A DNA stretch of 64,000 nt from Candidatus Cloacimonadales bacterium (GTDB lineage: Bacteria; Cloacimonadota; Cloacimonadia; Cloacimonadales; DAONDQ01), in assembly GCA_963662275.1 (NCBI GenBank), contig OY759316.1:1920001-1984000 (forward strand). Direction: 5' to 3'. The notes under the pieces are model-generated. The model saw only the letters and a list, made by a program, of their open reading frames with translations. It ran no database searches and was not told the DNA's origin. Position numbers and translations under genes: made by a program. Below are positions 19,373 through 30,200 of this stretch, piece after piece. How positions within the stretch are numbered: the stretch's first letter is position 1; each line of letters begins with the position of its first letter.

Positions 19373-22300
19373 CTACCTGACTGCCTTCACATAGTAGAAC
19401 ATCCTATCGTTTCCTGCAGTACTCGAAATCCAGGTAGCTCTACTCTTCATACCTTTATCATTCGTTCTACTGGAAGTACCGGATGAAGTGATTTCTACAA
19501 ATGTACCGTTTGGGGTGCTACATGAATAGACATGATAAGATGTTGCTGTACTAACTGTATCCCAACTAAGTTTAGGGTGAGAACCTACAAGATCTAAAGT
19601 GATGTTTTGGGGTGTATCAACTGATAAAGGATTCTGACGGACAATGATAAATTGACCTACAGCGGTGATTGATACAAAGGTTGCTGTGTTGTTGGCTGCA
19701 TTCACAGAGCTTGCAGAAGCCAGCAATGTCCATCCACCTGATGATGTCTTTGATCGCTTATAAAGTTTGAAGTTTGCAGGATCGGCTTCTTCATCAGGAT
19801 AAATGTCTTCGCTGATCGTAAAAGTAAGGCTCGCAGAGAAACTCCCTGAACCATAGCGATTCACGACCCAATACTGATTATCAAAAACTTCATTTACGCC
19901 AGTTGGAACCAGGTTAGGATTGGTGTTTAATTTGGCAACTGTAACGGAAGCTGAATTATGGGCTGTGTAATTCATGGATAAATTTGTCCCTGTAAAGGTG
20001 ACCAAACCTGTGGCTTCTGTGTGTGTGTTGCTTACACCGCTGCCAAAAGGTATCGACGAGGCTACCCAGTCCGCATCCGTCATATTGTTCATTGTTCCGT
20101 CGCATGCACCGATAACATCAGGGACAGTAGTTCCGGATGTTTCATTAAATTGCCAGTAATGAAGCAAACCTGGTGCCGTGCCGGATTGACTGAGATACAT
20201 GTTTTCCCGAATCTGCTGTTGGGTTCTTGCGTAATTCCAGATATGCACTTCGTCCAATTTACCATCCAACGTTTCACCAGATGCACTTAAACTATAGACT
20301 CCTGAGGGTGCATACAAGCCTGCTCCGGCGGAGACTGCGCTTTTAACTAAAATTCCATTAACATATAGTTTCAGATTCGTGCCATCATATGTACCGGCTA
20401 TGTGCATCCATTCTCCGGTTACCAATACGCTGTCTGCCCTGACGCCTAATCCAGAGCCATTGGCTTTTTTAATGTAGAAATGCAGGGAACGGTAACCGCC
20501 GTATATTGTTCCGTCATAACGTAGTACTGCCATTTCAGGTGCTAACGTAACATATCTTTGCACAGTTCCGTTCAGGCTGTTATGATATACCCATGTCTCT
20601 ATGGTAAAAGCACTGAGAGCAGTGTTGATTCCTGTCCCGGTGACATTGTCACCAGTGCCATCGAACTCCAGGCAATTACCGGCAATCGCTTCCGGTCCTG
20701 TGGTGGTAAAAGACCAGATAGGGCAATTGGCAGCGTTGCCCCCAGCGTTGTAGGGGACTATCTGCCAATAATAGACTGTATTGGGAGTCAACTTGGTTGT
20801 GCAATAATAATTGAGGTTTGCACCCATATTCAGATTATTGACCAAGTTGGTCGGTGTGGTGGTGCCGTTGCCGTTCGTGCCCAAATACAGCCTGTAGGCA
20901 TCGGAATTGTCGCTTCCGGCAGCCCAGGTCAGGGTCGGGTGCAGGTTAATATCTGTTGCGATATCGACAGGGTCAACCGGGGTCGCTGGTTCAGGCGGTA
21001 CAACTTCCGAAGCAAAGTGAGGTCCGCTGACATCATCGATAAGCAATTTCTGCCCACCTTGTGTAATAGCCTGTATTGCCACATACACCGCTTGTCCAAT
21101 ATACGCATTCAGGTCAAATGAGAATCGCTGGTAATTATTAATGGGAACCAGATTGCTCCCCAGAGTCACCGTGAAATCCGCTTGGGCATTTCCCGTGGTG
21201 GAAAGCTTCACATTGAATGCACCCATGTTAGTCCCGGAAAGGTTTTGCGACCAAAATTCATAGCTATGGCTGGTAGCATTGGGAGCCAATTGGGGAGAAA
21301 TCAGCCAATCATTGTGGGCAACAGTATCAGAATTCAGAGCTGTGCAGTATAGCCCCGACCTGACCCAATAATCACTTTGATACCATGCGTTACTACCTCC
21401 TCCATTGATGACAGACCAGCCGGCAGGAGGGTAACTCACACCTTCAAATCCTTCTGCAAACCACAAATTGAGAATATTTACCGAGGTTTCCGGCACCGGA
21501 GCAGTAGTTAAATAATTGATTTGCGCACCATAATTCGTATATGGATAGATTCTGATGCCACAGACATCACCCACTGAGAATCCGGACAACGTAATACTAT
21601 TAGTTCCTGCAACATGCGACACGTTTCTTGCCAGGGTGCCATCAGACCAGTTATTGTCATCGGCTACTGGAATTCCATCTGCTACGCCGGCATAGGAACT
21701 GCCGGTGTTTTTTAACTGAACCAGATAATAAAAGGGAGTTTGAGGTCCGGTGGAACCAGTCCAACTTATTGTAATGAGGTCGGCATTGATCTGGCTTGCC
21801 GTAAGGTTTGTTACATGATTGCTGGGCTCGGCTTCCCAGGCTAAGGGCGGAGCGCTGATATCATCGATATACAAACAACACTGTTCTGTAGAAATTGCTT
21901 GAATTGCCACATATACATTTTGTCCCACATAAGCACTCAGATCAAATGAATACATCTGAAAAGCAGTGCCGGGAACCAGATTGCTCCCTAAAGTCACAGT
22001 AAAGTTCGCAATTTCTCTTCCTGTAGAGGAGAGCTTGACGTTGAATGCTTCTAAATATTCTAAATCATCGTTTGCTGCCCAGAATGCGTAATTGTGGTTG
22101 GAGGCACTTGGGGCAAGTCTATGCGAAATCAGCCAGTCGTTGTGGGTATTTGCCGTATATAGTATAAATGCACTGTATGATCCGGAACGGCTACGACTGT
22201 TGGTACGTTGCCAGGTATTGGCATCTCCTCCGTTGATAACTGTCCATCCGGCAGGGGGGAAACTGCTGCCTTCGAATCCTTCGACAAACCCTCCACTGGT

Positions 22301-23188
22301 AATAGTGATTGATATTTCCGGTACGGGAGTATTAGTTAAAAAATTGATTCTTTCGCCGTAATTTGTATAGGGATAGATAATAACACTACAAACATCACCC
22401 AAGGAGAAGCCGGAAAAAGTGCAAGTATTGGTTCCCGTTGTATGCAAAACGTTTTTTGCCATGTTGCTATCAGACCAGTTGCTGTCATCGGAAACCGGAA
22501 TTCCATCGGTTACACTGGCATAGGAACCGCCTGTGTTTTTTACCATGACAAGGTATTTACCGGGTAGTTGAGTTCCTGTAGAGCCAGTCCAACTCACGGT
22601 GATTGCATCGTTGCCGTTTTGACTGGCTGAGATATTTGTTACATGGTTGCTGGGCTCGGCTTCCAATGCTAAAGATGGTCCGCTTACATCGTCAATATAC
22701 AGACTATACATGTTTGTGGAAATTGCCTGTATAGCCACATAGACAGTATGTCCAACGTAAGCATTCAGGTCAAATGAATACAGTTGAAAAGCTGTACCGG
22801 GAATTAAACTGCTCCCCAAAGTTACGTTGAAATCCGCAATTTCTTTGCCAGTAGTGGAAAGTTTTACATTGAAAGCATCGGGATACCCGGAATGATAGTT
22901 TGCTGCCCAGAAAATATAGCTGTGGTTACTGGTAGTGGGAGCAAGTTTAGGCGAAATCAGCCAATCATCGTGGGCATTTTCATAATAATTGATAGTTGTG
23001 CAGTACGTTCCGGAATGGCTACGTGCATTGGTAAGCTGCCATGTATTAGGGTCTCCTCCGTTGATAACTGTCCAGCCATCGGGGGGGAAATTGGAACCCT
23101 CGAACCCTTCGGAGAGATCTACCGCATGCATTAGGGCAAACATCCCTATCGATAAGGTCAGCAATAACAATAATATGACTTTTTTCAT
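19373..23188 (-). CDS. Secreted protein with 3 cleaved-adhesin-like domains and a single LamG (array paralog)
   Basis: 1271 aa ORF, signal peptide, three FEG..PP.GW units, one LamG, FYYVKAVR end. Confidence 0.9.
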   Translation of the reverse strand: MKKVILLLLLTLSIGMFALMHAVDLSEGFEGSNFPPDGWTVINGGDPNTWQLTNARSHSGTYCTTINYYENAHDDWLISPKLAPTTSNHSYIFWAANYHSGYPDAFNVKLSTTGKEIADFNVTLGSSLIPGTAFQLYSFDLNAYVGHTVYVAIQAISTNMYSLYIDDVSGPSLALEAEPSNHVTNISASQNGNDAITVSWTGSTGTQLPGKYLVMVKNTGGSYASVTDGIPVSDDSNWSDSNMAKNVLHTTGTNTCTFSGFSLGDVCSVIIYPYTNYGERINFLTNTPVPEISITITSGGFVEGFEGSSFPPAGWTVINGGDANTWQRTNSRSRSGSYSAFILYTANTHNDWLISHRLAPSASNHNYAFWAANDDLEYLEAFNVKLSSTGREIANFTVTLGSNLVPGTAFQMYSFDLSAYVGQNVYVAIQAISTEQCCLYIDDISAPPLAWEAEPSNHVTNLTASQINADLITISWTGSTGPQTPFYYLVQLKNTGSSYAGVADGIPVADDNNWSDGTLARNVSHVAGTNSITLSGFSVGDVCGIRIYPYTNYGAQINYLTTAPVPETSVNILNLWFAEGFEGVSYPPAGWSVINGGGSNAWYQSDYWVRSGLYCTALNSDTVAHNDWLISPQLAPNATSHSYEFWSQNLSGTNMGAFNVKLSTTGNAQADFTVTLGSNLVPINNYQRFSFDLNAYIGQAVYVAIQAITQGGQKLLIDDVSGPHFASEVVPPEPATPVDPVDIATDINLHPTLTWAAGSDNSDAYRLYLGTNGNGTTTPTNLVNNLNMGANLNYYCTTKLTPNTVYYWQIVPYNAGGNAANCPIWSFTTTGPEAIAGNCLEFDGTGDNVTGTGINTALSAFTIETWVYHNSLNGTVQRYVTLAPEMAVLRYDGTIYGGYRSLHFYIKKANGSGLGVRADSVLVTGEWMHIAGTYDGTNLKLYVNGILVKSAVSAGAGLYAPSGVYSLSASGETLDGKLDEVHIWNYARTQQQIRENMYLSQSGTAPGLLHYWQFNETSGTTVPDVIGACDGTMNNMTDADWVASSIPFGSGVSNTHTEATGLVTFTGTNLSMNYTAHNSASVTVAKLNTNPNLVPTGVNEVFDNQYWVVNRYGSGSFSASLTFTISEDIYPDEEADPANFKLYKRSKTSSGGWTLLASASSVNAANNTATFVSITAVGQFIIVRQNPLSVDTPQNITLDLVGSHPKLSWDTVSTATSYHVYSCSTPNGTFVEITSSGTSSRTNDKGMKSRATWISSTAGNDRMFYYVKAVR

Positions 23189-23400
23189 AACAAACTCCCT
23201 TGTAAATTACAAACAGAATATACTTGTTGGATTACTTTTACAGTATGGACTTCATAGTATAAGTAATTCAGGGAAGGCAGCTTGTCAGAACATCTTCCAA
23301 GATGCCGCTGCAAACCGTCTTCCCCCTAAATCTATCATTCACGTATTTTAACGATGCTTTCACCTAAAGGCAAATGCTCTTTACACTTGATTATATGGTT

Positions 23401-26400
23401 CTACTTTTCCAAAAGAACACCTTGGTCCGAAGCCACAACTTTATAAAACTCGTACTGTGTATCCATAGGCTCATCCCAACTGGTTCCAGGATGGCGCAAT
23501 CCGATAATAGTCCATTCATTCAATGGGGCATAGGGGTTATTGGAAGCATAAACGTTGTAAACATTGGCGTTGGGAACGGCATCCCAGGATATCCTGATAT
23601 TTCCGCCATTCTTAACGATATGCAGGTTCTGGGGTGGAGCCAATGTATCAACCTGGTTGAAGGCAAGCATGAACTGTCCGTCAACTGTGATATCGTCAGC
23701 TGTAATTGTGTTATTAGGCAGACTCTGAACATGCGCCGCACCGTATAATGTCCAGGCTCCATCAGATGAGCTTGCCCGGTGGTAAACCTTGAATTCGCCA
23801 TCAATACTTGTATAAGGGGTTATGTCTTCTTGAAGGTGAAAGGTAAGGTTGGTGCTGAAGCCCTGCGTACCATAATTATCCATTATCCAGTATTGGCGGT
23901 CAAACACAATATCCTCGACGGGTAGAAGAACATCCTGGTCGCGTATGATGGTGGCGGTGACAGGAGCTCCGTTTTGAACTGTGTAGTTTGCAGAAAGGTC
24001 CACACCAGGGAATTCAACAACTCCAACTGTTTCCAATGTGGAAAAAACAGAACCCGTTCCGAAAGGAATGCCAGAGGAAGTCCAACTAGCTCCACCAAGC
24101 AGATAATAGGTATCGGACATGTTCACTAGTGTTCCGTTATTGGAAGAAATGCCGTCTTTTAGCTTTAATCCCAAACCTTCATTGAATTGCCAATAGCTTA
24201 GAAGTCCTGATTCACTTCCTGTCAGAGGAAGATACATCGTCTCACGGATAGCTTGCTCGCTAAGAGATACTTCCCAAACCTTGACTTCATCCATCAGCCC
24301 GTTATAGAGCTGACTTCCGCTGGCTCCTGATCCAAGCAATTTGTCATCGTTGTTGGCTGTGAATGAATAATTGGCATCTGATATCAGCGTTTGTAGAACA
24401 CCGTTGACATAGATCTTATGCGTTCCAGCTCCTGGACCTGAACGGACATAAGCGATATGATTCCATTCTCCTGGTGTAATGGCATTATCACCCGTCTGAG
24501 CAACCCATGTGCTGACACCGGAAACTGCAATGCGGTTAGTTCCACCACTTCCATTTCCCACCTCAAGCTGGAATGATCCTGCCGCATTATTAAATCTAGT
24601 GGAAAATATCGCTTGCCTGCCGTTCAGGTTGGTGGGTTTAACCCATGCTTCGATAGTAACAATATTGGACAGTCCCAGGGATGAAGCATTGCCCAGATTG
24701 ATGTAATCGTCGATTCCATCAAAGTTAAGAGCAGTGCCAGCATTTGAATCTATCTGATTCGCTATTCTTGCTATCAGGAATTGACTGAAACTTCCAATGC
24801 CGGTGAAGCGTGCTTTGTTCAGTGCTTCATTTACTGAATAGGCGGAAGTGATTAGCGTCCAGTCCCCATGGGAATTGCCTTCCCTGGTAAAGAGCTTAAT
24901 TAGGTTAGGTTTACTTTGATCATTAGTGGTCAGATCTTCGTTAGGTACCAATTCCATGTTTACGTTGAAAGTTCCTGACCCATAGCGTTCAATGATCCAG
25001 TATTGGCTGTTAAAATAATCACCTGCATCTGCGGGAAGAATATTCGGTGCACAGTTCAGCTTTGTGGCAGTGATTGATGCAGTGCCATGAGTAGTGTAGC
25101 TCATAGTTAGACCTATTCCTGTAAAAACCATGGTTCCGCTACTTTCAGCCTGGGTATAGCAAACTCCGCTGCCAAAAGGAATACTTGAGCCAACCCAATC
25201 TGCGTCTGTCATACCGTTCATCGTGCCATTACAACCACCGGCTATGTCCAAAACAGAAGTTCCTGAGCTGGCATTGAACTGCCAGTGGTTCAGCAACCCG
25301 GCTTCACCACCTGTAAGAGGTAAGTGCATATTCTCACGTATTTGTGCTTCGGTACGAGCATAATTCCAGAGACGCGTTTCATCCAGTTTACCGTCTAATG
25401 TCTCTCCCCAGGAGCTTAAGCCATATGTACCAGAGGGTGGATACAGCCCACCGCTCGTTACAGTGCTTTTTACCAGACGTCCATTCACATATAATTTCAG
25501 ATTCGTACCGTCATAGGTTCCTGCTACATGCATCCACTCACCAGTCACAAGCACGCTATCTGCTCTTAAGCTAATTCCCGACCCGTTTGCTTTCTTAATA
25601 TAGAAGTGCAAAGAGCGATAGCCTCCGTAAACAGTGCCGTCATAACGCAAAACAGCAACTTCAGGCTGAAGTGTGACATATCTTTGAACAGCTCCTGGAA
25701 GGCTGTTATGGTATACCCAGGTCTCTATAGTAAATGCCGATAAGGAAGTGCTGATACCTGTGCCAGAGACATTGTCTTCAACCCCGTCAAATTCCAGGCA
25801 GTGCCCTGCGAAAGTATCGGCAGGCTTCAGTTCCTCATATGCTCCCATATCGATACGTCCATTGATAATACGGTTCCCTCCACCGAAGTCATAGATACCA
25901 ACTGTGCTTGCTGTAGTAGCAGGATCACCTGTATTGATACAGGGAGAAATGCTCTGGAGGTCAAAAGGATTCAAGCCCGAACCAACAAATAGTGGATTCG
26001 TATTCATATTATTTTCGTAAGTACCCGAATATTGTGGGTACTGTGTAAGCAAATCTGCCGATCCCCCCTGTATATCGCTATAATATATATTTGGATTACT
26101 ATGTTCTGTTACAAATACTGATATATCGAAATCCGAATTTCCATAAACAATAGAATTTCTGATGTTCGGGGCTGAACTGCTTTTGCATCTAATTCCGGAA
26201 TTCGTGTTGTTAACAATTGAACAATTCAGTAAGGTTGGATTGGCCTCACTAATTAATATGCCACCTCCATACTGGCTCATGTTAGCTGTATTATTGTAGA
26301 TAAGCAGATTTTTTAGAACAGCATTGGAATCGATGCGTATCGCCCCTCCCGCTGCTGCTGTATTGTTCTTGAACACGCAATTCATAAGATTGATTAATGA

Positions 26401-26937
26401 TTGCGGGCCGATATATATTGCTCCACCGGCACCGCCAGAAACGGTTGCCGTGTTATTTTGAAATGTGCAATTGGAGATTAGCAACTTGCTGAACATATCA
26501 ACGAAGATTGACCCTCCTCGAGAGTCGTCAATCCCTGATCCGTCAGCTTTTCCGTATTCCAATGTACAATAGACGATTTTTGAGGAATCATTTGCTGCCG
26601 GTGTATTATCAAATATGATTCGATTCCAGCCGGTAGTATGATCATTATTAGTAAAAGTGATCAAGTTGGATGCATTGCCTACTGCAAGCAGTCTGCCATT
26701 CACGTTTAACGAGTAATGTCCCATGAATGAGACTTTAATACCTGGATTGATGGTAAGAGTCACTCCATTATTCACTGTAACATTTCCGGTTACTCTGACT
26801 GAATCGACACTGGACCATGTTGTGTTTGCGGCTATTGTTCCTGCAAAGTCGATATACGTTGCTTGGAGCATTAGAGGAAATACCATAGTCAACATCGTAA
26901 TAAAGAACAGCAAATAAATACGTTTGTGTTTTAACAT
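23401..26937 (-). CDS. Secreted beta-helix + 2x LamG protein (array paralog)
   Basis: 1178 aa ORF, N-terminus very similar to 4107..8603, divergent C-terminal FYKVVA domain. Confidence 0.9.
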   Translation of the reverse strand: MLKHKRIYLLFFITMLTMVFPLMLQATYIDFAGTIAANTTWSSVDSVRVTGNVTVNNGVTLTINPGIKVSFMGHYSLNVNGRLLAVGNASNLITFTNNDHTTGWNRIIFDNTPAANDSSKIVYCTLEYGKADGSGIDDSRGGSIFVDMFSKLLISNCTFQNNTATVSGGAGGAIYIGPQSLINLMNCVFKNNTAAAGGAIRIDSNAVLKNLLIYNNTANMSQYGGGILISEANPTLLNCSIVNNTNSGIRCKSSSAPNIRNSIVYGNSDFDISVFVTEHSNPNIYYSDIQGGSADLLTQYPQYSGTYENNMNTNPLFVGSGLNPFDLQSISPCINTGDPATTASTVGIYDFGGGNRIINGRIDMGAYEELKPADTFAGHCLEFDGVEDNVSGTGISTSLSAFTIETWVYHNSLPGAVQRYVTLQPEVAVLRYDGTVYGGYRSLHFYIKKANGSGISLRADSVLVTGEWMHVAGTYDGTNLKLYVNGRLVKSTVTSGGLYPPSGTYGLSSWGETLDGKLDETRLWNYARTEAQIRENMHLPLTGGEAGLLNHWQFNASSGTSVLDIAGGCNGTMNGMTDADWVGSSIPFGSGVCYTQAESSGTMVFTGIGLTMSYTTHGTASITATKLNCAPNILPADAGDYFNSQYWIIERYGSGTFNVNMELVPNEDLTTNDQSKPNLIKLFTREGNSHGDWTLITSAYSVNEALNKARFTGIGSFSQFLIARIANQIDSNAGTALNFDGIDDYINLGNASSLGLSNIVTIEAWVKPTNLNGRQAIFSTRFNNAAGSFQLEVGNGSGGTNRIAVSGVSTWVAQTGDNAITPGEWNHIAYVRSGPGAGTHKIYVNGVLQTLISDANYSFTANNDDKLLGSGASGSQLYNGLMDEVKVWEVSLSEQAIRETMYLPLTGSESGLLSYWQFNEGLGLKLKDGISSNNGTLVNMSDTYYLLGGASWTSSGIPFGTGSVFSTLETVGVVEFPGVDLSANYTVQNGAPVTATIIRDQDVLLPVEDIVFDRQYWIMDNYGTQGFSTNLTFHLQEDITPYTSIDGEFKVYHRASSSDGAWTLYGAAHVQSLPNNTITADDITVDGQFMLAFNQVDTLAPPQNLHIVKNGGNIRISWDAVPNANVYNVYASNNPYAPLNEWTIIGLRHPGTSWDEPMDTQYEFYKVVASDQGVLLEK

Positions 26938-26970
26938 ATTCTCTCCTTATCTTTCATATGTATTTTCTTC

Positions 26971-27208
26971 GTAGAGTAGGACTCCGTTCCTGCTTAATCG
27001 TTGTAGAGTAGGACGCCGTTCCTGCTTTCTGCATTCGCACCTCGAACTTCGAACTTCCCCTGACTCCGTTCCTGTTTTATGATTTCTTGCAGAGCAGATG
27101 TTGAAATCTGATCAACCACCACCGACATTTCGATACTGCTCAATGAATGAAATTCGGCTTACCTTCTGCTCTGCAATTCTTAATTCTTAATTCTTAATTC
27201 TTAATTCT
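26971..27208. repeat. Intergenic REP-like cluster and TAATTCT heptamer tract
   Basis: Two GTAGAGTAGGAC.CCGTTCCTGCT copies, TTGCAGAGCAGA...TCTGCTCTGCAA stem, TAATTCT x4 abutting the stop codon. Confidence 0.75.
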
Positions 27209-30200
27209 ACCTGACTGCCTTCACATAGTAAAACATCCTATCAATTCCTGTTGTACCGGAAGTCCACGTAGCTCTACTCTTTGTGCCTGCCCCCATATTT
27301 TTACTGTTGAAACTACCTGACGAAGTAACATCGATGAATGTCCCGTATGGATTGCTGCAAGCGTATACATTGTAGGAAGTTGCAGTAGTGACGGCATCCC
27401 AACTGAGTTTGATGTTTTCTCCTATGGTTTCGACTGCCAGATTTTGCGGGGTATTAAGTGCCTGGTACGGATTTACATGCACATTCACTGGAATCGTATG
27501 CTGAGGATTATCAGGTTCATTGCTGGTTATGATTATATTGCTAGTGAAATCACCTGCCCACAATGCATCTGCATTTAATTTAACTATTACCTGGTTTGTA
27601 CTATACGCGTTGACTGTTCCAGACCATGAATTCACAGAGACCATAGGGCAGATTTTGATAGCTAAATTGCTATGAATATAGGAAGCATTACGCACTATTT
27701 GCAGTCCCTGGGTACCATCCTGATTTTCAATTCCAACTGCACAGAGGTTGTTTAATGCACTCGCATTCAGATATTGCATCGTTATACAGCCATCTGAATT
27801 TAAAATCACTTCAAATGTTTCAAAATAACCTGATGTGATATAATGCGAGTAATTCTGATACTCAATAATCACTCTGTTGTTTGAAGAATCATCATAAAAA
27901 TAGATATGTGCATCCCAAGTTTCAGCGCTTAGATCTTCCCAGTATGCCGCGATGAGATTGTTAGGTTCGTTTGCATCAGGGATTGGGTAACTGTCAATAT
28001 CAGAACCTTCATAGCCTGTGTTAAATGTCAGTAACCCATTCGTCGATATTTGTACCTGGTTATAAGAGCTATTGAAGTATGGAAAGTTAAACGGAAGTTG
28101 CATGATTTTGTATCCATCATCTGAGTCTCCATAATCGATCACCTCATTGGTTATGATCTCAGTCCCCAAAGATGAAATATCAATCCAGTTAAACGCAGGT
28201 CCTCCCGCTTGATCACTATCGACCCAGGAATATGAATAACTTCCTGGTGTTCCACTGCCTCTTGTTGAAGCATTGCTATTGTTTCTTGAGCTTCCATTCA
28301 CACTAATCGTATAATTCAGTGGTTGATCACCTGTATTTTCGATTGACAGAGTTGTATTTGCATTGTCTCCGACATACAGGGTCTGAGTTATGGATGTTGG
28401 TGTTATATTCATTGCTGGACTTTGAATATGTCCAATTAAGAACTGACCTGTAGTAGCGATATTATTGAAAGTGACAGTATTAAGATCCGCATTCACTGAG
28501 GTAGCAGAAGCAATTAATTGCCAGTTTGCATCCGAACTGCTTCCTCGTCTGTAAAGTTTGATATCGCTTGGTTTGTACTGGTTCGACAATGTCAGGTCTT
28601 CACTTACAGTAAATGTCAAATTCGCAGCAAAACTACCAAACCCGAAACGATTCATCTCCCAATATTGAGAATCATAAACATTCGTTAAACCGGAAGGTAT
28701 TTCATTCGGGCTACCATTCAGCTTTGTGACTGTAAATCTTGAACCATTTGCAGTTGTGAAGAAAGAACTTAATCCGGTACCAGTAAAGGTGACAGTTCCT
28801 GTTGTTTCATTCTGTGAGTTTGTAACACCTGAAGAAAAAGGTATTGTTGAACTTACCCAGTCTTCATTTCCCATATTAACAAGGGTTCCATTATTCAAGG
28901 AAACATAATCATATGATCTTGTTCCAGTCATTTCGTTGAATTGCCAATAACTAATCAATCCTGTTTCAGAACCGGTCAAAGGCAGGTACATACTTTCACG
29001 GATTTGATCAGGAGTCCTTGCCATATTCCAAATACGTACTTCATCCATAGCTCCGTTGAATAATTGTCCGCCACTTGTACCGCAACCGAGGACTTTATCA
29101 CTTGTATTTGAAACAAATGAATAGCTGTTATCGTCGGATATAGCTTGTGAAACACCATTGATATAGATATGCTGAATTCCTCCACCACTTCCAGGACTCA
29201 TTCCATCACGAGTATAGGCAATATGCACCCATTCACCTGTAGAAATGGCATTGTCTCCGGTTTGAGCAAACCACCTGTTAACCCCGCTAACTGCGACACG
29301 ACCAGTTCCACCTGAGCCTGTTCCGACTTCCAATTGGAATGAACCTGCCTGGTTATTGAGCCTGGTGGAGAAGATACCTGAGCGTCCTGCCAGGCTGTTT
29401 GGCTTTATCCAGGCTTCAATGGTGATATAATCTCCTGTATTGAAGGAACCGCTATTTCCAAGATTGACATAATCATTTACACCATCGAAGGTTAGAGCTG
29501 TTCCGTTTGAATTACTGATTGTCGGATAATTTCGACAGACCAGGAATTGGCTGCATTCTGAAATACCCGAGAACGTTGCCTGGTTTAGCGCTGCATTCAC
29601 ACTGGTGGCAGTTTTTATGACATTCCAGTTTCCATCAGTGTTGCGTGCACGTGAATACAATCTAATCTGGTTAGGATGTGCCTGATCATCAGCAGTCAGA
29701 TCTTCGCTTACAGTAAGTGTCACATTCCCATTGAAAGACCCTGTGCCATAGCGATGGACTACCCAGTATTGGTTATCAAACACTTCATTCATACCTGTCG
29801 GAATAGTGTTCGGGCTTGCATTGATTTTATTCACCGTTACGGAAGCCGAGTTGTGTGTTGTATAACTCATTGATAGGTCTGTGTTTGTGAAAGATACTAC
29901 ACCGGCAGCCTCCGTTTGAGTATTGCTGACACCACTTCCAAAAGGAACTGTTGAACCTACCCAGTCGTCATTTGTCATATTATTCATCGTACCATTACAG
30001 TAATTAATGATATCCAGGACACTGGTTCCTGATGACTCATTGAATTGCCAGTAGTTTACGAGACCTGCTTCCATTCCTGTAAGAGAAAGGTGCATATTTT
30101 CACGTATTTGTGCTTGGGAACGGGCATAGTTCCAGATACGCATTTCATCCATTTTACCATCGAATGTTTCTCCGTAACTGCTCAATGAAAAATTGCCGGA

